The translations under genes and the position numbers were made by a program. From Nitrospinales bacterium (GTDB lineage: Bacteria > Nitrospinota > Nitrospinia > Nitrospinales > VA-1), in contig CBDCXL010000002.1 of NCBI GenBank assembly GCA_965223795.1, positions 2,304,001 through 2,368,000 on the forward strand: a stretch of 64,000 nucleotides of DNA. The letters run 5' to 3'. This document shows, piece by piece, positions 58,782 through 64,000 of the stretch (position 1 is the stretch's first letter; each line of letters opens with the position of its first letter). The notes beneath the pieces are model-generated. The model did not search any database. It saw nothing but the letters and a program-made list of their open reading frames with translations, and was not told the DNA's origin.

Positions 58782-60158
58782 TCATGTCACCTTGAAGATT
58801 TGCATCATGGCACCGAGATCCGAAACACGTTCGAGGTTCCACACATCATCGATCACTCGATCCTGCCTGGATTTTGCCAATAATCCCGCACAGGCAGACC
58901 GGAATTTATCCTCAATCTCTTCCCGGCTCAGAGGATTGTTGGGATGTCCTTTTGGATCCAGGATCTCCTTTTCAAAGACCTTCCCATCCCGCATCGTGAT
59001 AAAAACCTTATTGGGAAACGATCTTCCATAAATATGGGTGTATTTCTTGTTTTCCGCAACCGTCACCCTTTGAACGAGGTCCAAGAGTTCAGGGTTTTGC
59101 AGATGCTCTGCGTCGAACTGTCCGAGTGTGATCTCTCCATCCATCAACGCCGCCACCACGATGTAGGGAAGGCTATGGTCCGCGGTTTCCTTGGTTTTCG
59201 GGGTCCATTTGGCGGGCTCTTTGCCGATGATTTCGTAAGAATGAAAACTCGTCTCCACATGGATTTTCTCGATAGATTTTAAGTTTTCCGGCCCGATCCG
59301 ATCGCGCAGGTCCAGTGCCGCCCAGATGGCGCTTTGCGAGTGGTACTCGGCAGGGAAGTATTTGATGTAGGTCTCCACGATCTTGAATGGAGTGGTTCCC
59401 TGTCCGCCAAATTCTGCGGCAAGATCGAATTCACCCTGTGTGATCTGATGGATCAAACCATGTTTGCCGGCGATGATTTCGCTGGGCCCGTCAAAACCGT
59501 GCTTCACATAAAGAGCCGCTCGAATGGCATTCTGACAGGCCTGGGCGTAGGCCGCAGCCTTCCATTGGGAGATCGTTCCGATACGGGTTTGTCTCAGATA
59601 ATTCCCTGTGGTGACTGCGATGGCCAGGCAATCCCGGATCTGCTCCCTGGAAAAACCCATGAGTTTTGCGGCCGCCGCGCTGCTGGCGATAGAACCGTAG
59701 GTCACATGGTCCCATCCCTTTTTTCTGATGGCGGCAGCATCGCACAGCCGGCAATGCAATTCGTAGGTGAGCACCGTGGCGAGAATGAGGTCTTTGCCGT
59801 TTTTATCTTCCGCCTCGGCAACGCAAAGACAGGCGGGCAGGTTGTCGCTGGGGTGAGCGGGTTCCCGATTGAGGTAGGTGTCGTTCCAGTCGAGGGCGCG
59901 AATCAGGGTTCCCAGATACACCGCAGCGTAGTCGATCGGAGCTTTGTGCTTGGTGCCTAAAACCGTGGCGCCGTAGGCGGCGGTCGCCTGCGTGGCAAAA
60001 TTTCTCATGGCGGCTGCGGGAGGAGAGTTGTAAGCCGCCAGGGAAGTGGCAAAGCTGTCCAGGTAGCGTTCTTTAACGGCCTGGATCGCTTCGTCGGTCA
60101 GTTTTTCATAGCTCAGGGTGGCGACATACTCGCTGATCTGTTGTTCGAATTTATCCAT
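58782..60158 (-). CDS. prpD: 2-methylcitrate dehydratase (MmgE/PrpD)
   Basis: RALDWNDTY, HPSDN, WDH, KYFPAEYH, ETADHS, GHP. ATG at 60158 after GAGGAG. Confidence 0.9.
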   Translation of the reverse strand: MDKFEQQISEYVATLSYEKLTDEAIQAVKERYLDSFATSLAAYNSPPAAAMRNFATQATAAYGATVLGTKHKAPIDYAAVYLGTLIRALDWNDTYLNREPAHPSDNLPACLCVAEAEDKNGKDLILATVLTYELHCRLCDAAAIRKKGWDHVTYGSIASSAAAAKLMGFSREQIRDCLAIAVTTGNYLRQTRIGTISQWKAAAYAQACQNAIRAALYVKHGFDGPSEIIAGKHGLIHQITQGEFDLAAEFGGQGTTPFKIVETYIKYFPAEYHSQSAIWAALDLRDRIGPENLKSIEKIHVETSFHSYEIIGKEPAKWTPKTKETADHSLPYIVVAALMDGEITLGQFDAEHLQNPELLDLVQRVTVAENKKYTHIYGRSFPNKVFITMRDGKVFEKEILDPKGHPNNPLSREEIEDKFRSACAGLLAKSRQDRVIDDVWNLERVSDLGAMMQIFKVT

Positions 60159-60476
60159 GGAATGCTCCTCAAAGCATCTCTTATTATTATAAATCCAATG
60201 AATTACAAGGAGGGCAGTTATTTTCACCCGGCAAAGGAAATCCACCGCGGACGAAACCAAATGAAAACGACAAGCCCTCCATGAGTTCGCGTTCCTTTGA
60301 AAAATCATAAATTATGGAATGTCTTTAAAAAAAGCGAGATCGAAAGCGAGTGTTCCGGGTCTGCCTGGATTTATAATAAAATGGGTGTGCGAAGTTGTTG
60401 TTGCAACCGTTGAGTTGGGCAAATACGGGCATTATTTTGACATCCTTTTTGCCTCTTCCTTTCAGGAGGTGGTTTC

Positions 60477-62429
60477 ATGGCACTCGATTACCGGGTCTTC
60501 AAATCCTCCGAGCCGTCCGCCGACAGCGATAAACGACAAAATTATTTCGATTTCAATCCTCATCTTGCCTATTTGATTCGAAGAGCGAGCACGGGAGATC
60601 CTGAACTCGTGCAGGATATTCTGAAAATGATCGGAGAGTTGAGCGCTCAGCATCTCGCGCCCAGGGCAGACGCAAACGACAAGGCAGGATGCCGCCTGAA
60701 ATGGCACGTCGGAGATGTCGCTTTATCGCAATCTGAATTTAAAAAATTCAATGAACTGAAAGGAACAGCGGAATACCGCCCTGAGGAACCTGCCAGCGCC
60801 GTGGACAAGGCGCTGCAGGCCGCGAGTGCCGATCCCGAAATCCCGATCTATTCGGATGTCGTTTTGCCGCCCGGGGCTGTAGAGCAAATGAATCTGCTGC
60901 GAGAGCACGATCTGATCGGGATTGCCCTGCCTGAAACTTATGGTGGTACTTCTCTGTCACACATGGTCAACGGAGCCGCCCTGCTTTTTTATTCTCAGGC
61001 GGACGCCGCCTTGCTGCTGCGGGTCATGCTGACAGAAGGCGTCGCGGAGCTCATAGAGCATTTTGCCGACGACGCGTTGAAAGATAAATACCTGCCGTTG
61101 CTCTGCTCTGGCGATCCCGGGAATCATCACATCGGAGCGATGCTGATCACGGAACCCGATGCGGGATCGGATTTGCGGGGGATTGCGGTGAAAGCGGTTA
61201 AAAAAGACGGCCGTTATTTCATTGGCGGCCGAAAAATATTCATCACCAATCCCGATGCGGATGTTTCGATCGTCCTGGCCCGCATGGACGGGGCCGCGCA
61301 CGCGTCCCTGGAAGGGTTGAGTCTATTTCTGGTTCCCAAATTCATTGTGGACGAAACAGAAAACCGAAAAAGAAATCGAATCCTCATCGAAAACCTGGAG
61401 GAAAAGCTAGGCATTCACGCCTCGCCCACGGGCTCCGTCTTTTTTAAGGGGGCGCACGCGCATCTGATCGGAAGGGAAGGCGAGGGGCTCAAGCAGATGT
61501 TGTATCTGATGAACAAATCCAGATTGGGAATCGGCATTCAAGGGCTCGGGATCGCGGAACGCGCCTTCCTGGAGTCGGCGGTGTTCTGCACGGAAAGAAA
61601 GCAGTTCGGAAAGATCCTTGCGGAACTTCCCTTGATGCAGGAAATCCTCGCAAGCATGCGGATTGAAATCGAAGGTGCCACCAGTTTTATCTTCAAGGCT
61701 TACGACTGCATCGATCGATATTTCGCCTTGAACAATGACAATCAAGAAACAGATTCCATCACACCAGAGAATGGAGAACTCCGGTATTACCAAAAGTTGA
61801 TTCGAATATTGACGCCCCTGGCGAAATATCACGGATCCCGGCTCGGTGTTTCGATGGCGGACCGGGCCGTGAGCAATTTTGGCGGCTACGGCTATATCAA
61901 CGAATTTAAGGTGGAGCGCCTGATCCGGGATGCCAAAATCGCAACCATTTACGAGGGAACCAACAACATGATGGTTCTGGATGTTCAACGGTCCATCGTC
62001 AAAGAGGGGACTCTGGAGGTCCTGATCGAGGATATGCAAGCCAATCTGAAAAACGTGAAGGAGGATCTTTTACTGCCTTCTAAAGAACTCACGAATCGAT
62101 GTGTTTCTCAATTGCACGCTGTCCGCAAAACCATCATGCGATCCCCGGAATCTGACATTGCCGCGCAAGTGGAAGCGCGTAAATTCGCGGAATTTTTGAT
62201 CCACGTTTATCAGGCAGGCCTGATGCTCGAAGAAGCGCAGCATCAAATGGACAGTGAGGGAGACTTGCGAAAAGCGGTGATGGCCATAAAATTCAGCAAC
62301 GACACCTTGTTGCCGCCGGGCGAGCGCATCACCGCAAAGAACCTGTCGGTAAAGTTTTTCAATTCGATTTTCTATCACCAGAAATTGAGCTATACGGACT
62401 ATCAATCCGCCGTTGCTTGCAAGGCGTAA
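60477..62429 (+). CDS. Acyl-CoA dehydrogenase (long form)
   Basis: TEPDAGSD, GRKIFIT, KLGIHASPT, R.QFGK, GGYGY, IYEGT. AGGAGG RBS. Confidence 0.92.
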   Translation: MALDYRVFKSSEPSADSDKRQNYFDFNPHLAYLIRRASTGDPELVQDILKMIGELSAQHLAPRADANDKAGCRLKWHVGDVALSQSEFKKFNELKGTAEYRPEEPASAVDKALQAASADPEIPIYSDVVLPPGAVEQMNLLREHDLIGIALPETYGGTSLSHMVNGAALLFYSQADAALLLRVMLTEGVAELIEHFADDALKDKYLPLLCSGDPGNHHIGAMLITEPDAGSDLRGIAVKAVKKDGRYFIGGRKIFITNPDADVSIVLARMDGAAHASLEGLSLFLVPKFIVDETENRKRNRILIENLEEKLGIHASPTGSVFFKGAHAHLIGREGEGLKQMLYLMNKSRLGIGIQGLGIAERAFLESAVFCTERKQFGKILAELPLMQEILASMRIEIEGATSFIFKAYDCIDRYFALNNDNQETDSITPENGELRYYQKLIRILTPLAKYHGSRLGVSMADRAVSNFGGYGYINEFKVERLIRDAKIATIYEGTNNMMVLDVQRSIVKEGTLEVLIEDMQANLKNVKEDLLLPSKELTNRCVSQLHAVRKTIMRSPESDIAAQVEARKFAEFLIHVYQAGLMLEEAQHQMDSEGDLRKAVMAIKFSNDTLLPPGERITAKNLSVKFFNSIFYHQKLSYTDYQSAVACKA

Positions 62430-62695
62430 TAAAAGCTTTCAACTTCTAGCTGTTGTTATATTTGAACGAAAGTGAATAAACTCAGAGCTCATCGTTCCGC
62501 TCTGAAATAGAGAGGTCGAACCAGGTCGTGTTTGCACTTAAAACGCTTCTAATCCCGCCCCTAAACCAAATGGTTGACCTCACGGCAATGCGATTGATAA
62601 GTATGGGGTTATAGCGATATTCGGGTATTGCCAAATCGGCTGGAAAGTGTATATTGGAAAGAGGGAGGGGAATGGATTCGCACCGGGAGTTTTCC

Positions 62696-63880
62696 ATGCA
62701 TCCGTTCGAAAGGGTCTCCTACATCTACAGCGCAGTCCGCACACCCATTGGTAAATTCAACGGGTCTCTCGCCTCCGTTCCCGCAGTGAACCTGGCTGCG
62801 ATCGCCATCCAAGAAGCGGTTCAACAAAGTCACGTTCCCATAACCCGTATCAGTGAGGTCATCATGGGCAACGTCCTTTCCGCCGGACTGGGTCAGAATC
62901 CCGCACGACAAGCTTCCATCAAAAGCGGCTTACCCGTTTCCGTGGGAGCGACCACCGTGAACAAGGTCTGCGGCTCCGGATTGAAGGCCGTCATGCTGGC
63001 GGACAATTCAGTGCGTTTGAACGAAGCCGATTTTGTGGTGGCAGGAGGCATGGAAAGCATGAGCCAGGCGCCCTTTTTAATCCAAAAAGTCCGCCAGGGT
63101 CTCAAGCTTGGAAACCACGAACTCATTGACAGCATGATGCACGATGGGCTGTGCGACAGTTTCAGCAAACTAAACATGGGGGAAATCGCCGATAAGCTGG
63201 CCCGGAAAGAATCCTACACACGGGAACAGCAGGACGACTTCGCCAGAAATAGTTTTCACCGCGCAAGAGAGACGCAGGATCGATGTCTTTTTTCAAAGGA
63301 AATCGTCGCCGTTCCGGTCCAGCACCGGGGTAAAGAAACACAGATCGTCAAGGACGAAGCGCCTTATTCCTACGACCTGGAAAAACTCTCCACCTTGCCG
63401 CCGGCTTTTGACAGGGAAAGAGGAACCGTGACCGCAGGCAACGCATCGAGCCTCAATGATGGGGCTGCGGCGCTGCTAGTGGGCGGCCACAGTGAGAACC
63501 TGCGGCCCCTGGCACGGATCTGCGGGCACGCGACGCATTCGCAGGCACCCGAGGAGTTTCCCGTCGCTCCTGCCGGCGCCATTAAAAAATTGATAAGTCG
63601 TTGGCAAGTTTCCCTGGAAGAGATCGATCTTTTCGAAATCAATGAAGCATTTGCGGTTTCCACGCTGGCCGTCTGCGACCGTCTCGGCCTGAATTTGAAT
63701 AAAGTGAATGTGCATGGAGGGTCTGTGGCTTTGGGGCATCCCATCGGCGCCTCGGGCGCTCGAATTCTTGTGACCCTCATTCACGCTTTGAAAGCAAGGA
63801 AATTGTCCAAAGGCATCGCCAGTCTCTGTCTGGGGGGTGGAGAAGCGGTCGCCCTCGGACTGGAAATGATCGACGATTGA
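62696..63880 (+). CDS. Acetyl-CoA C-acyltransferase (thiolase)
   Basis: RTPIG, NKVCGSG, GGMESMS, NEAF, GHPIGASG, CLGGG. Confidence 0.95.
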   Translation: MHPFERVSYIYSAVRTPIGKFNGSLASVPAVNLAAIAIQEAVQQSHVPITRISEVIMGNVLSAGLGQNPARQASIKSGLPVSVGATTVNKVCGSGLKAVMLADNSVRLNEADFVVAGGMESMSQAPFLIQKVRQGLKLGNHELIDSMMHDGLCDSFSKLNMGEIADKLARKESYTREQQDDFARNSFHRARETQDRCLFSKEIVAVPVQHRGKETQIVKDEAPYSYDLEKLSTLPPAFDRERGTVTAGNASSLNDGAAALLVGGHSENLRPLARICGHATHSQAPEEFPVAPAGAIKKLISRWQVSLEEIDLFEINEAFAVSTLAVCDRLGLNLNKVNVHGGSVALGHPIGASGARILVTLIHALKARKLSKGIASLCLGGGEAVALGLEMIDD

Positions 63881-63940
63881 GCTCGTTGCAAGGATGATTC
63901 TATTTCCGGTTGGCAGTTTCTAATCCGAAAAGGAAACGTC

Positions 63941-64000
63941 ATGGGGAAATTACCTCAAAACAGATTACAGAATAAAAAGCGGGGTCCAGCCGCAACCACT
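63941..64000 (+). CDS. Start of the next CDS, truncated by the window edge
   Basis: AAAGGA RBS then ATG at 63941, open to the end. Confidence 0.4.
   Translation, partial: MGKLPQNRLQNKKRGPAATT

Larger units (their letters stand above)
52161..64000. mobile_element. Putative genomic island next to tRNA-Lys (continues past the window)
   Basis: Visible drop in GC and change in codon usage right after the tRNA, IS debris and a catabolic cluster. No integrase or att repeat in the window. Confidence 0.6.

Overview
GC-rich bacterial chromosomal window. Gene content and style suggest a Nitrospinota- or deltaproteobacteria-like organism; this is inference and was not checked. In order: (1) an array of seven DUF1566/Lcl-C domain genes (8 domains) with an embedded glutaredoxin-like gene, then a SEC-C protein and a parvulin fusion; (2) serA and a class V aminotransferase preceded by a structured ~160-nt 6S-like element; (3) signalling genes (frameshifted HDOD, histidine kinase, CBS, CpxP-like/RR/HK); (4) a nucleotide-housekeeping block (dgt, LOG, NfuA-like, macro, dut) followed by a ~1.2 kb intergenic region with two tandem pairs of NrdR boxes, a DnaA box and a highly self-complementary ~430-nt segment but no ribonucleotide reductase gene; (5) a Gld-like ABC operon; (6) four minimal flagellins plus flaG with sigma28 promoters and signs of gene conversion; (7) hisA/hisF and envelope genes; (8) tRNA-Lys(CTT) followed by a lower-GC island with a chimeric IS481/IS3 remnant, an IcmF-type B12 acyl-CoA mutase split into two genes, the methylcitrate genes prpCBD, an acyl-CoA dehydrogenase and a thiolase. 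The best candidates for novel biology are the NrdR-controlled structured RNA, the split-IcmF/methylcitrate island and the DUF1566 array. All calls come from reading the sequence by eye; no searches or folding programs were run.
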